Shown one piece after another: positions 49,187 through 58,560 of a stretch of DNA of 64,000 nucleotides (its first letter is position 1; each line of letters begins with the position of its first letter). The stretch comes from a bacterium (GTDB taxonomy: Bacteria > Electryoneota > Electryoneia > Electryoneales > Electryoneaceae): the NCBI GenBank assembly GCA_963669175.1, contig OY769902.1, positions 2,016,001 through 2,080,000 of the forward strand. The letters are read 5' to 3'. Made by a program: the position numbers and the translations under genes. The notes under the pieces were generated by a model. That model saw only the letters and a program-made list of their open reading frames with translations. It did no database searches and was not told where the DNA came from.

Positions 49187-50578
49187 ATGGGAAACAACAG
49201 CGGTGAACTGCAAGGCTCGATACTGGCCGTTGACGATGACGAGGATGTACTGATCGCGCTACGAATGCTGTTAAAACGGCATGGCGCGACAGTTCATACC
49301 GAAAAGGATCCGGAGAAGATCCCGTCACGGTTGAAAGAGCAACGGTATGACGTGATCCTGCTGGACATGAATTTCACGCAGGATACCACGACCGGCCGTG
49401 AGGGTTTTCTCTGGCTGGACCGTATCCTCACCCTCGATCCTTCCGCCGTTGTCATCCTGATCACCGCGTTTGGTGGCACCGAGACCGCAGTCCGCGCCAT
49501 CAAGGAAGGCGCTGTCGATTTTGTGCTCAAGCCCTGGCAGAACGAGAAACTACTCGCAACCGTTCACGCCGCCCTGCAACTGAGCCGCAGCCGTGCGGAA
49601 GTGGTGTCTCTTCGCTCACGTCAGGAAGCTATTGTCGCAGGCATGACCCCACGCTATGAGGAGCTGATCGGCGGATCAGCGCCCATGCAGCACGTATTCG
49701 CGACGATCGACAAAGTCGCAGGGACTGATGCAACCGTACTCATTCTTGGAGAAAACGGCACTGGTAAAGAGCTGGTCGCGCGTGCGATTCACCGCAAGAG
49801 CAAACGTGATTCAGAAGCGTTTATCAGTGTTGATGTCGGGGCGCTGCCGCAATCCCTGTTCGAGAGCGAGCTGTTCGGGTATGTGAAAGGTGCGTTTACC
49901 GATGCGAGAAGTGACCGTGCCGGACGATTTGAAGCGGCTTCCGGCGGAACCCTGTTCCTCGATGAGATAGGCAATATCTCCCTGTCGCAACAGGCCAAGC
50001 TGCTACGTGTGCTGGAGACACGCTCTGTCACACGTGTCGGCTCGAACAAGCAGATCGATGTGGATATACGCCTGATCTGCGCCACCAACGCTCCCATCAT
50101 GGATAAGGTGGGCAATGGCGAGTTCCGGCAGGATTTGCTCTATCGTATCAATACAGTTGAGATCACTCTTCCGCCTCTACGGGAACGTGGCGATGACATT
50201 CCCCTGCTGGCCGAACATTTTCTGGCAGAATTCAGCCGGAAGTATGAAAAAACGGGGATGCGCTTCTCCCAGGCTACTCTCCAACGGCTTCAGAAGCATG
50301 CATGGCCGGGAAATGTGCGCGAGCTGCAACACGCGGTAGAGCGTGCTGTGATCCTTGCGGATGGTACGACTCTTCAACCTTCTGATTTTTTCCTCGCACG
50401 ACCGGAAGAGGCTTCACAAACCGATCTCGATCTTGATACCTTGAACCTGGACGCTGTCGAACGCAAGGTGATCTTGAAGGCGATGGCGAAACATGACGGG
50501 AATATTCAACGGGCGGCACGGGAACTCGGCCTGACCCGGCCAGCCCTCTACCGGCGGATCGAAAAACATGGTCTTTAG
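49187..50578 (+). CDS. Sigma-54-dependent response regulator (NtrC family)
   Basis: REC (AVDDD, LLDMNF, KPW), GENGTGKE, GAFTDA, WPGNVREL, Fis HTH. Confidence 0.96.
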   Translation: MGNNSGELQGSILAVDDDEDVLIALRMLLKRHGATVHTEKDPEKIPSRLKEQRYDVILLDMNFTQDTTTGREGFLWLDRILTLDPSAVVILITAFGGTETAVRAIKEGAVDFVLKPWQNEKLLATVHAALQLSRSRAEVVSLRSRQEAIVAGMTPRYEELIGGSAPMQHVFATIDKVAGTDATVLILGENGTGKELVARAIHRKSKRDSEAFISVDVGALPQSLFESELFGYVKGAFTDARSDRAGRFEAASGGTLFLDEIGNISLSQQAKLLRVLETRSVTRVGSNKQIDVDIRLICATNAPIMDKVGNGEFRQDLLYRINTVEITLPPLRERGDDIPLLAEHFLAEFSRKYEKTGMRFSQATLQRLQKHAWPGNVRELQHAVERAVILADGTTLQPSDFFLARPEEASQTDLDLDTLNLDAVERKVILKAMAKHDGNIQRAARELGLTRPALYRRIEKHGL

Positions 50579-51911
50579 ACGATTTCGTCTCCTGATCATA
50601 CTGCGAGTCCTTTTCCTCACCGGCACCATTGCCCTTGGGCTGTACCTGTTGTTCGAAACCAGTTATATCGCTTCTACGATCGTCTGCGGCCTGCTGGTGC
50701 TGTACCAGGTGTTCGCCCTGATCCATTTCCTCGAGAAAACACGGCGTGATGTGGCGCATTTCCTGTCGTCGATCAAATACGGCGATTTCACCGAGACCTT
50801 TTCCCCGGTAGCGCCTCGTGACGGGAAGCAGGATACCCTGCGGGAAGCGTTTCATGAAGTAATGATGGACTTTCAGAAAGTCAGGATGGAGCATGAACAG
50901 CAGTACCGTTACCTGCAAACCATCGTCCAGCATATCGGCAGCGGCATCCTGGTGTATGACCGTGAAGGCCGGGTGGATCTGGTCAACAATGCCGCCAAGC
51001 GTATCTTCGGTCTGCCCACCATTCGCAATATCGACAGCCTCTCCCATTTCGGCCCGGAATTATTGGAAACTTTGCGCACCATCGGCCCGGGAAAACGGAG
51101 GATCGTGAAGGCTGCGGACGAGGATGACCTGCTGCAACTGGCGATTGACGCCACTGAGTTCAGACGTGGCGGACAGCGCTTTACCCTGGTTTCGATTCAG
51201 GATATTCAGCGTGAGTTGGAAGAGAAGGAGCTGGAGGCGTGGCGTAATCTGATGCGTGTGCTTACCCACGAAATCCGCAATTCCATCGCGCCCATCGCCA
51301 GCCTTGCCGACACCGCCGAGGAGGCCCTGACATCGGCCTGTGATACCGACACGGCGGATGAGGATCTCGAGGACATTCATTTGGCGATCAAAACCATCCG
51401 TCGCCGCAGCAGTGGCCTGCTGCAATTCATGGAACCCTTCCGCACCCTGTACAAAATCCCGCCGCCGGAGTTTGAGATCGTTCGGGTACGTGACCTGCTC
51501 GAGCATATCCGTGAATTCTTCAAACCGCAATGCGAAGAATATGATATTGAGAGTGTGTTTGAGGTGCAGCCGGAAACGCTTGAAATTACGGCTGATCCTC
51601 GCCAGATCGAACAGGTGCTGATCAACCTGGTGCTGAATGCCCTGGATGTGATGAAGGATGTAGATGAGCCGCGCTTGCTTGTGACGGCAGAGCTGGATCG
51701 CCATAGCCGTCCCGTGATTCATGTCGAGGATAACGGGCCCGGGATACAACCGGACGTGCTGGAAAAAATCTTCATCCCCTTCTTTACCACGAAAAAACAG
51801 GGCAGCGGTATCGGACTTGCCCTTTCCCGCCAGATCATGCGCCGTCATAATGGCCGCATACAGGTTTTTTCTGATCCGGGTGTGAAGACGGTGTTTACAC
51901 TGCGGTTCTGA
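50568..51911 (+). CDS. Sensor histidine kinase (NtrY-like, PAS), cognate of the upstream regulator
   Basis: Two TM, VLTHEIRNS, INLVLNA, DNGPGI, FFTTK..GSGIGL; overlaps regulator. Confidence 0.95.
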   Translation: MVFRRFRLLIILRVLFLTGTIALGLYLLFETSYIASTIVCGLLVLYQVFALIHFLEKTRRDVAHFLSSIKYGDFTETFSPVAPRDGKQDTLREAFHEVMMDFQKVRMEHEQQYRYLQTIVQHIGSGILVYDREGRVDLVNNAAKRIFGLPTIRNIDSLSHFGPELLETLRTIGPGKRRIVKAADEDDLLQLAIDATEFRRGGQRFTLVSIQDIQRELEEKELEAWRNLMRVLTHEIRNSIAPIASLADTAEEALTSACDTDTADEDLEDIHLAIKTIRRRSSGLLQFMEPFRTLYKIPPPEFEIVRVRDLLEHIREFFKPQCEEYDIESVFEVQPETLEITADPRQIEQVLINLVLNALDVMKDVDEPRLLVTAELDRHSRPVIHVEDNGPGIQPDVLEKIFIPFFTTKKQGSGIGLALSRQIMRRHNGRIQVFSDPGVKTVFTLRF

Positions 51912-51917
51912 GGGTTC

Positions 51918-52445
51918 CGTGAAGTTGGAAAGTTTGAAAGTTCCAAAGTTATAAAGTTATTGGTAGCCCGGCCATGCCTGACCGGGAATAAGGTAACGCC
52001 TCTAAATGAATTATACTGACTCGCGAAACAAATACCGCCTGCAGTCATCCCCAGCGTAGCAGACTGTATCAGAATGTCCGTTAGTCTCATTCCTTCGAAG
52101 GAAGGAATCCAGTCATGTTGCGATATTACAAGAGGTTAGACATTCTCAAGAAGCACGGTCCATTGAGAGTCGTCTCTATATTCAACTTATTATTTTGTCG
52201 ATACTTGCCTGGATCCCAGCCTTCGCTGGGATGAGAGAATATGTAATTCTGAGACACCTTGGTAGGCGGGGATCCACTCCGTTGGCCGCTCAATCCAATG
52301 ATTGTAAAAGATTTTACCATAATTTTTGAGAATCAAGTATAGAGAAAAGCATGCGACATTGTTTTCAAGCCCCACTGTAGAATAGACCACCGCCGGGCAG
52401 CCGCTTTCGCTTCGCTACAGCGTCTTCAAGCCGGCGGGGCCAATG
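51918..52445. repeat. Composite cassette: AAAGTT array, GTAG-REP, 366-bp insert with inverted REP doublet
   Basis: Flanks colinear with 54860-55005; REP doublet at 52084-52112 and 52209-52237. Confidence 0.8.
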
Positions 52446-52556
52446 CGCTTGCGGGAGTTACAGGTTTTTCTGATCCGGGTGCGAAGACTGTGTTTACACT
52501 ACGGTTTTGATGCGCTATTTTATTCTATCAATGATTCAAGCTCTAACGGAGGCGCC

Positions 52557-54863
52557 ATGACCATGAGCAAGCTGCCGTTGCGTGTCGTATTTGTTGTCTT
52601 TCTGACCTGTTTACTCGTCTTTCCATCCCTTTCCCAGGAAACATGGCATCATGGTGGTCCGGTAGGCGCCAAGGCAAGAACCATACTGATCAGCCCCCAC
52701 GATACCACTCTGGTAATCGTGGGGGTTGAGCAATCTGGCGTGTACCGTAGCGAAGATGGCGGCAACACATGGGTGTGGTCGGGAAATGGCTTGCCTTATG
52801 TTGATGAGGGCATAAGGGATGGCATTCGGCAGAGTGGCACCTATGGCGAACCTGTGTGTCTATATGCCGATCCAGTCAATACTGACCGACTCTGGTACTT
52901 AAACGAATATGAAAATCACCCGGAGCATGTCCTGTTCAGGAGTGATAACCGTGGGGAATACTGGGAGCGTGTCGATTTTCCCACGGACTATGAGATATTC
53001 CCACAAGCGATCTGGGTTCACCCGGAACGACCGGATACGGTTCTGGTTGGGGCGTGGCGATCAACGGATGGCGGTCAATCATGGACATTAATGGGGGCTA
53101 TCGGTACAGAAATTCTATATTACTATTATCAGGATCCCAATGTCCCGGAAAAAGTGTATATGGCGTCATGGAACAATTTTCTCGATTATTCCATTGATGG
53201 TGGTGAGACATGGCATGCTCATAGTGATTTGTCAGGTAACTTGTCCTTTGCATTGGCGATCGATCCAGATAACTCGAATAGGATGCTTTCCCTTTGTTCA
53301 AATAGAGGAGATATATATTTAGCCAGAACAAATGACGGAGGTGCCTTTTGGTACGATATTGTGCTTGATGTAGAACAGTGGATCGCTCCTGACTATTTTC
53401 CAATGGAACTGTATGAAAACGGGCAGGGAAATGTTTTTATTGTCACTTTGTATTATGGCGTAGAACGATACAAATATTACAAGAGTTTAGATTTCGGTTA
53501 CAATTGGGAGCTTATACAGGGGATAGATGAAATGACTCCTGTGCATGAGGCCATGGATCGTTTGGCTATCAATCCGCACAATCCTTTCACATTGTTTTTT
53601 GTTCAGTACAACAAGCTACTTCTTTCCCATAATGGTGGGACAACTTTTGATTCCACCGGTCAAGGAATGGATAACTATAATTGCTACTTGTTGATGCAAA
53701 AACCTGGTACTGAAGAGGTCCGGGTTGAGCAGGGTACAGGTTACCTGAGTTGGAGTCTTGCTGATTCTGCTTGGGCGTTTGTTGATGATCCTACTCTGTC
53801 CGAGTATTTTCATCCCGTTTATCCTGATACTCAATATGCCTGGCATTATGGGATAGGTCAGGAGATCAGCTATGATGATGGTGAAACCTGGACCCCGTTT
53901 GGTTATGATCAGGCGTTTGATCCACGGTTTGACCCTTTTGATCCGGAACATATTCTGGGATTAGGCTATGAAGCATTGGTGAACCTAACGGATTACGGTA
54001 TAACAATGATTGATAGTGTAGTGTTCATGCAATACAATGAAGGAGAATGCATCTGTGATGCGCAGTTTGATCCCACTCTGGAGGGGCGGATTTTTGCTGG
54101 TGGATCCGACCATATATTCAGGTCGTTAGATGGTGGCTCCAGTTATCAGGCTGTATATACCTTACCTGAAGAATCTGACGGCCTCTTTAACATCGTTGTT
54201 CATCCATCGGACGGGACGATTTATGCAGTAGAGTATTATCACGTCCCCAATGGTGTTACGCATTCGAGGATATTGCGATCGGATGATCATGGCGACAGTT
54301 TTTATGAACCGGATACGACATTCTGTTTCGAAGTATTGCCACATCTTGCTTTCTCGCCTGTTGCTCCTCATCCGCTGGTAATGGCGGCTACGTCGGGAGT
54401 CTGGTATCAGCCGTATGGGACGGATACCTGGAACCTGTTGCCTTTGCCGGTGAATGTGCGCGCTAATTACCTGCTGTTTTCCTGGGATGAAAGCACGCTG
54501 CATATTGGCACAGCCGGGCGTGGTGTCTGGTCGCTCACCGGGTTTGATTTCAACTCGGTGGAGGAGCAGGAGCTGCATCTGCTGCCGTCCCAGCTAGATC
54601 TGTCCGCCTACCCGAATCCGTTCAACCCGAGCGTGACTCTTACCTATGCCGTACCGCAACGTGGGGATGTGACGCTGACGGTGTACAATGTCCTGGGCGA
54701 ATGTGTGGCGCAACTGGTCAACGGTCCCCTAGCCGCCGGAGTACACGAGGTGACCTGGAACGGCTTGAATAGCGTCGGGCAACAGGTGGCATCCGGTGTG
54801 TACTATGCGACCCTGAAAGCGAACGGCGCTACGATGACACAGAAGGTTGTGATGGTTCAGTGA
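52557..54863 (+). CDS. Secreted BNR/Asp-box propeller protein with FlgD/T9SS-like C-terminal domain
   Basis: ggagg RBS, signal peptide, SEDGGNTW/STDGGQSW/SIDGGETW, AYPNPFNP...ASGVYY. Confidence 0.9.
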   Translation: MTMSKLPLRVVFVVFLTCLLVFPSLSQETWHHGGPVGAKARTILISPHDTTLVIVGVEQSGVYRSEDGGNTWVWSGNGLPYVDEGIRDGIRQSGTYGEPVCLYADPVNTDRLWYLNEYENHPEHVLFRSDNRGEYWERVDFPTDYEIFPQAIWVHPERPDTVLVGAWRSTDGGQSWTLMGAIGTEILYYYYQDPNVPEKVYMASWNNFLDYSIDGGETWHAHSDLSGNLSFALAIDPDNSNRMLSLCSNRGDIYLARTNDGGAFWYDIVLDVEQWIAPDYFPMELYENGQGNVFIVTLYYGVERYKYYKSLDFGYNWELIQGIDEMTPVHEAMDRLAINPHNPFTLFFVQYNKLLLSHNGGTTFDSTGQGMDNYNCYLLMQKPGTEEVRVEQGTGYLSWSLADSAWAFVDDPTLSEYFHPVYPDTQYAWHYGIGQEISYDDGETWTPFGYDQAFDPRFDPFDPEHILGLGYEALVNLTDYGITMIDSVVFMQYNEGECICDAQFDPTLEGRIFAGGSDHIFRSLDGGSSYQAVYTLPEESDGLFNIVVHPSDGTIYAVEYYHVPNGVTHSRILRSDDHGDSFYEPDTTFCFEVLPHLAFSPVAPHPLVMAATSGVWYQPYGTDTWNLLPLPVNVRANYLLFSWDESTLHIGTAGRGVWSLTGFDFNSVEEQELHLLPSQLDLSAYPNPFNPSVTLTYAVPQRGDVTLTVYNVLGECVAQLVNGPLAAGVHEVTWNGLNSVGQQVASGVYYATLKANGATMTQKVVMVQ

Positions 54864-55005
54864 GTTGGAAAGTTTGAAAGTTCAAAAGTTGTCAAGTTAT
54901 TGGTAGCCCGGCCATGCCTGGCCGGGAATAGAGTATAAGATGGTTGTGGTAGACGCCCTTTAATGAATTAGAATAGACCACCGCCAGCAAGCTGGCGGGG
55001 CCAAT
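54860..55005 (+). repeat. AAAGTT array, GTAG-REP and ccgccagc hairpin (uninterrupted version of the 51918 cassette)
   Basis: gtagcccggccatgcctggccggg 54903-54926; aatgaattagaatagaccaccgccagcaagctggcgg. Confidence 0.8.
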
Positions 55006-55184
55006 AGTGCTTGATGGAAAATGTCGTAAATAACCGGTGTCTTCTTCATACACCGGTCATGCAGGATCGTAGAAGTAAGTAATATATAGTTTCTTAATGT
55101 GTTACACGATCTCTTCTGCCTGTCAAACCAATTATAAAGGTTGCTAACAGGAAGTAAATCGCCAAACCTGCCAGGAGTATTTCC

Positions 55185-56033
55185 TTACTTGTTCATTGCA
55201 AGTTGTTGTGGAGCTCCTTTTATAACATTGTTTGAGATGGCTGTCAGGTTATGAGCAACGTACATTTTCTTCAGGAAAGAATGTTCCGGAAAGGGACGAC
55301 CGATATCAACACCGTACCATTTGTCAATCTTTACATGTTCACTTCTCTCGTTGAATTCATCGATTGCCAGTAGTTCTCCCGCGTATTTGTGATTAAATAT
55401 AAATTCAATATCATCAAAATAAATGGGAACATGTTGGAGCATTTTAAGATTAGGGTCGAGAAGAATATTCAATGCTTGGGATGTAGATGAATACAAGTCT
55501 AAATCAAAAGAAATAAAACCAATAGGACTAGCATTATACTTTGTAAAAAAGCTTTTAACAGTCTCTTTTACGTTGCCGAGTATTAATGTTGATCGTTTGG
55601 ATAGTTTTGAACGCAAAGCGACTTCATCCATGGGGTAATCACCCGCTTTCCATTTGTCGGGGTGATCACGATAATCGCCTATCAGCTCTGGCAAACCTGA
55701 GGCTCCAGCATCAAAACCAAAAACTCTGATTTTGACACCGGTTTCCCGCTCGACAGAACGGGCTTCATGCTGCAACGTAAGCAAGCCACTTCCGCCAGCT
55801 ACACCGAACTCAATGACTGAAATCTCCTTGATGCCCTGCTTTATGGCTTGCTGTGCGGCCGTATAAACGCCAAGCAGGTATTGTGGACGATTTGATAGCT
55901 CCCAAATAACTCGTGTTTTAAGGGGAACACGCATTTTCATAAGCGCTGCTTTTGCAAAGAGTCTAAATGGTGGCTCCATGCAAAGCCTGGTAACAAAATG
56001 TGGCAAAGGCCTAAAACTCATCGTTTTCTCCAT
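55185..56033 (-). CDS. Putative TylF/MycF-like SAM-dependent methyltransferase
   Basis: IEFGVAGGSG, FGFD, ILGNVKET, FISFDLDLYSST, YFDD, GELLAIDEF. Confidence 0.7.
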   Translation of the reverse strand: MEKTMSFRPLPHFVTRLCMEPPFRLFAKAALMKMRVPLKTRVIWELSNRPQYLLGVYTAAQQAIKQGIKEISVIEFGVAGGSGLLTLQHEARSVERETGVKIRVFGFDAGASGLPELIGDYRDHPDKWKAGDYPMDEVALRSKLSKRSTLILGNVKETVKSFFTKYNASPIGFISFDLDLYSSTSQALNILLDPNLKMLQHVPIYFDDIEFIFNHKYAGELLAIDEFNERSEHVKIDKWYGVDIGRPFPEHSFLKKMYVAHNLTAISNNVIKGAPQQLAMNK

Positions 56034-56359
56034 CTGAAAATCGTGAAGTATATGTTTGGCAACTTCCCTGATCCTGAGGACCTTGGGCAGGAGGATTGGA
56101 ATTTCCGCTCCTGGCTACTCAACCGAATATGGTTTCCCTTTGGCGTAATGAAGCAGATGAGGAAATTATAAAGCTCTGCATATGTCAATAATTCAACCAA
56201 TTCTTGCGTATTGAAAACCCAATATACAGATTGGAATATATGCTCTCAACTGGGCTGATCCAACTGATTCATACTCACATTTCATCACTGCCGTTTCCGC
56301 TCTCATGAAAGTGTCCGCCGTCGCTTGCTTCCCTCGTGCGCAAGTGCGATCTTGCCCGC

Positions 56360-57358
56360 ATGGCTACATTACACGAACGACTTCTCCTGGCGGCGTTGGA
56401 ACAGGTCATGACGCGGCTGCAACCGGACGGTGTCCGGGTTGAGTGGAAAGAGATCAACTACGGTCTGAAGCTGGACGCTGTGTCGGGGGCTGCCAAGGCG
56501 GCGGGATCATTGTATTACAGCCCGAAAAAGCGACGGTTCTCCTGGGTTCCCAACGGGAAGAGCGACAAGAGGCTGGCGGAACGGCTGGCATCAACCGTAA
56601 ACGGTGTCATCGGCGCTCCGCTTCCCACAGTACCCGCGAAAGAGACCATGGGCAGCGCTGCGGAAGAAGTATCCGCCAAATCCCCGGAAGCACGCTGGAA
56701 TGTGTGGATCGGCACCGATGAGGCGGGTAAGGGCGACCTGTTCGGGCCGTTGGTCGTGGCCGGATTTGTCGGCTATCGGGATCGCATACAGGGCTTACGT
56801 GAGCTGGGGGTGCGTGACTCGAAAGAGCTGAACACGTCAACCATCGCCAAGATCGCCGAGACTATCCTGGACAAGGCGAAGGATCGTGTGGAAGTGATCG
56901 CAATCGGTCCGAAACGCTACAACGAGATGCATGAGAACTTCCTGAAACAGGGCGGTGTCAACGGTATGCTGGGCTGGGCGCATGGGAAGGTGGCGTCAAA
57001 CCTGGCCGCACGTTTCGAGGACGTCGAAGGGTTGGTCGTGGACAAGTTTGGCGGCGAGTATCGTCTGAAACCCTACCTCGGCGACGCCAAGAAGCTGGAA
57101 CTGGTGCTGCGCAGCAAGGCGGAATCCAATCTTGCCGTAGCGGCGGCGGCGATTGTGGCACGTTATACCTATGACAAAGCCATGGACGCGATGAAGGACG
57201 AGCTGGGCTTTCGTCCCCACGCCGGTTCCAGCCGTGATGCGCAACGAGATCTGCTCAAACTGGCAGGTAAAAGCGAAGAGGAACTGGCGCCGTTTGTGAA
57301 GCTGCATTTCAAGCCGGTACAGACGTTGTTGAGCCACTCGATGTTTGGGAAAAAGTGA
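56360..57358 (+). CDS. rnhC: Ribonuclease HIII
   Basis: IGTDEAGKGDLFGPLVVAG, GVRDSK, IGPKRYN, VDKF, KAES.LAVAAAAIVAR, KLHFK; N-terminal extension. Confidence 0.88.
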   Translation: MATLHERLLLAALEQVMTRLQPDGVRVEWKEINYGLKLDAVSGAAKAAGSLYYSPKKRRFSWVPNGKSDKRLAERLASTVNGVIGAPLPTVPAKETMGSAAEEVSAKSPEARWNVWIGTDEAGKGDLFGPLVVAGFVGYRDRIQGLRELGVRDSKELNTSTIAKIAETILDKAKDRVEVIAIGPKRYNEMHENFLKQGGVNGMLGWAHGKVASNLAARFEDVEGLVVDKFGGEYRLKPYLGDAKKLELVLRSKAESNLAVAAAAIVARYTYDKAMDAMKDELGFRPHAGSSRDAQRDLLKLAGKSEEELAPFVKLHFKPVQTLLSHSMFGKK

Positions 57359-57444
57359 AAAAAGTTGGCAGTGAAAAAAGTGAAAAAGGTAAAAACGTAA
57401 AGAAGGTATAAAAGGAATAAGTAGCCCGGCAATGTTTGGTCGGG
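57355..57444 (+). repeat. A-rich 9-mer array plus degenerate GTAG-REP
   Basis: gtgaaaaaagttggcagtgaaaaaagtgaaaaaggtaaaaacgtaaagaaggta; gtagcccggcaatgtttggtcggg. Confidence 0.75.
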
Positions 57445-57559
57445 TATGATATCTTGGCATTGTAAAGTTGGTGCTTCGCTGTTTTGTGTGGATAAGATTC
57501 TGTTATACCCTTAACTTGGATATAAGGATCTAATTCGATGGGAAAGGAAAATTACCGAT

Positions 57560-57803
57560 GGAAAATGGGGACTGCCACTCTTTTCGCTTGCGAATATGCC
57601 AGGCATTGTTAATCATGATTTATGTATACGCAAAATCATCGAGCGCTGGGAAAACATGTTGCGAAAAGGTGGCTGTCCCGGCATTTTCCCGTCTGGAACC
57701 ATCTGATAGAGCAGGCGAAAAATCTGGTACAGTTACCTTTTCATCTATACTGGTTTGACTGTTCTGCATTCGAAAGCATGAAAAGGTAACAGTCCCATTT
57801 TTC
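57560..57803 (-). repeat. Four-box double-hairpin element, copy 2 (inverted)
   Basis: Reverse complement aligns box-for-box with 61477-61738. Confidence 0.9.
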
Positions 57804-57921
57804 ACCTATCTACCTATTCAAAATAGCGAGGCACCGTAAAGTTTGAAAGTTATATCGTGCAGAACTTGTAACGTCTGTTTGTTGTGTGATTTGTGTGTGG
57901 ATGTTAAGGAAGGGAACGTAG

Positions 57922-58560
57922 ATGCACTCGTTGATGAAATTGATTCACGGCACCGATATTTATGACGGTTTTACCGGCTTTGCGGAGCAGTACCCGGACT
58001 TGACGATTGAGGCGGGTCACCCGGTTTTTGAGCGTCTGATCGAGGAAAGCCGTCCCCGAGTGGTCATCGATGTCAATAATGACGATGGCAGCACGGCAAT
58101 CCTGCTGGCTGAACTGCTGAAACGCAGGGGACTGGATAGCATCGTGGTGGCTGTGAACCCCTTCCTGGATAATCAGGAGGATATGGCATCGCTACTGGAA
58201 GACAAAACGCCGCCGCATGTCGATTCCGCCACATATAAGCAGTTCATGAATCATGTCATCAAGCACAACCTGCAGGACAGGATTATCCCGTTCCCGGTAT
58301 CCTCGCTGGTTGCCGGACGTATCCTGGGCAAGGCATGGGTGAAAGTAGACATGGTTCATCTTGACGTCAGCAGGGAAGAGCAGGATATGCAATTTGACCT
58401 GCTACACTACGAACCCATGCTTAGTGATGTGAATGCGGTTCTGTGCGGCGGACACCATTCCGATACGGCGCCGAACCTGATGAACGCGGTGAATAAGTAT
58501 TCTGAAGCGGCCGTGCTGGCGCTGGAAATGATGGATGATAAATGGATTCTGTGGAAGTGA
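57922..58560 (+). CDS. Class I SAM-methyltransferase-fold protein (Methyltransf_24-like, degenerate motifs)
   Basis: HPVFERLIEESRPRVVIDV, YKQFMNHV..IIPFP..S, DMVHLD, LCG, AVNKY. Confidence 0.6.
   Translation: MHSLMKLIHGTDIYDGFTGFAEQYPDLTIEAGHPVFERLIEESRPRVVIDVNNDDGSTAILLAELLKRRGLDSIVVAVNPFLDNQEDMASLLEDKTPPHVDSATYKQFMNHVIKHNLQDRIIPFPVSSLVAGRILGKAWVKVDMVHLDVSREEQDMQFDLLHYEPMLSDVNAVLCGGHHSDTAPNLMNAVNKYSEAAVLALEMMDDKWILWK

Noticed and set aside
56052-56171. Short + strand ORF (MFGNFPDPEDL...)
   Set aside because: Under 40 aa, no RBS and no recognisable family; could be a gene remnant but cannot be supported.
57620-57805. Short ORFs 57620-57805 (-) and 61427-61684 (+) with similar translations (KNGTVTFS...EKVTVPDFSP)
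   Set aside because: The similarity comes from the non-coding four-box repeat; the frame is not kept in the 39.5-kb copy.
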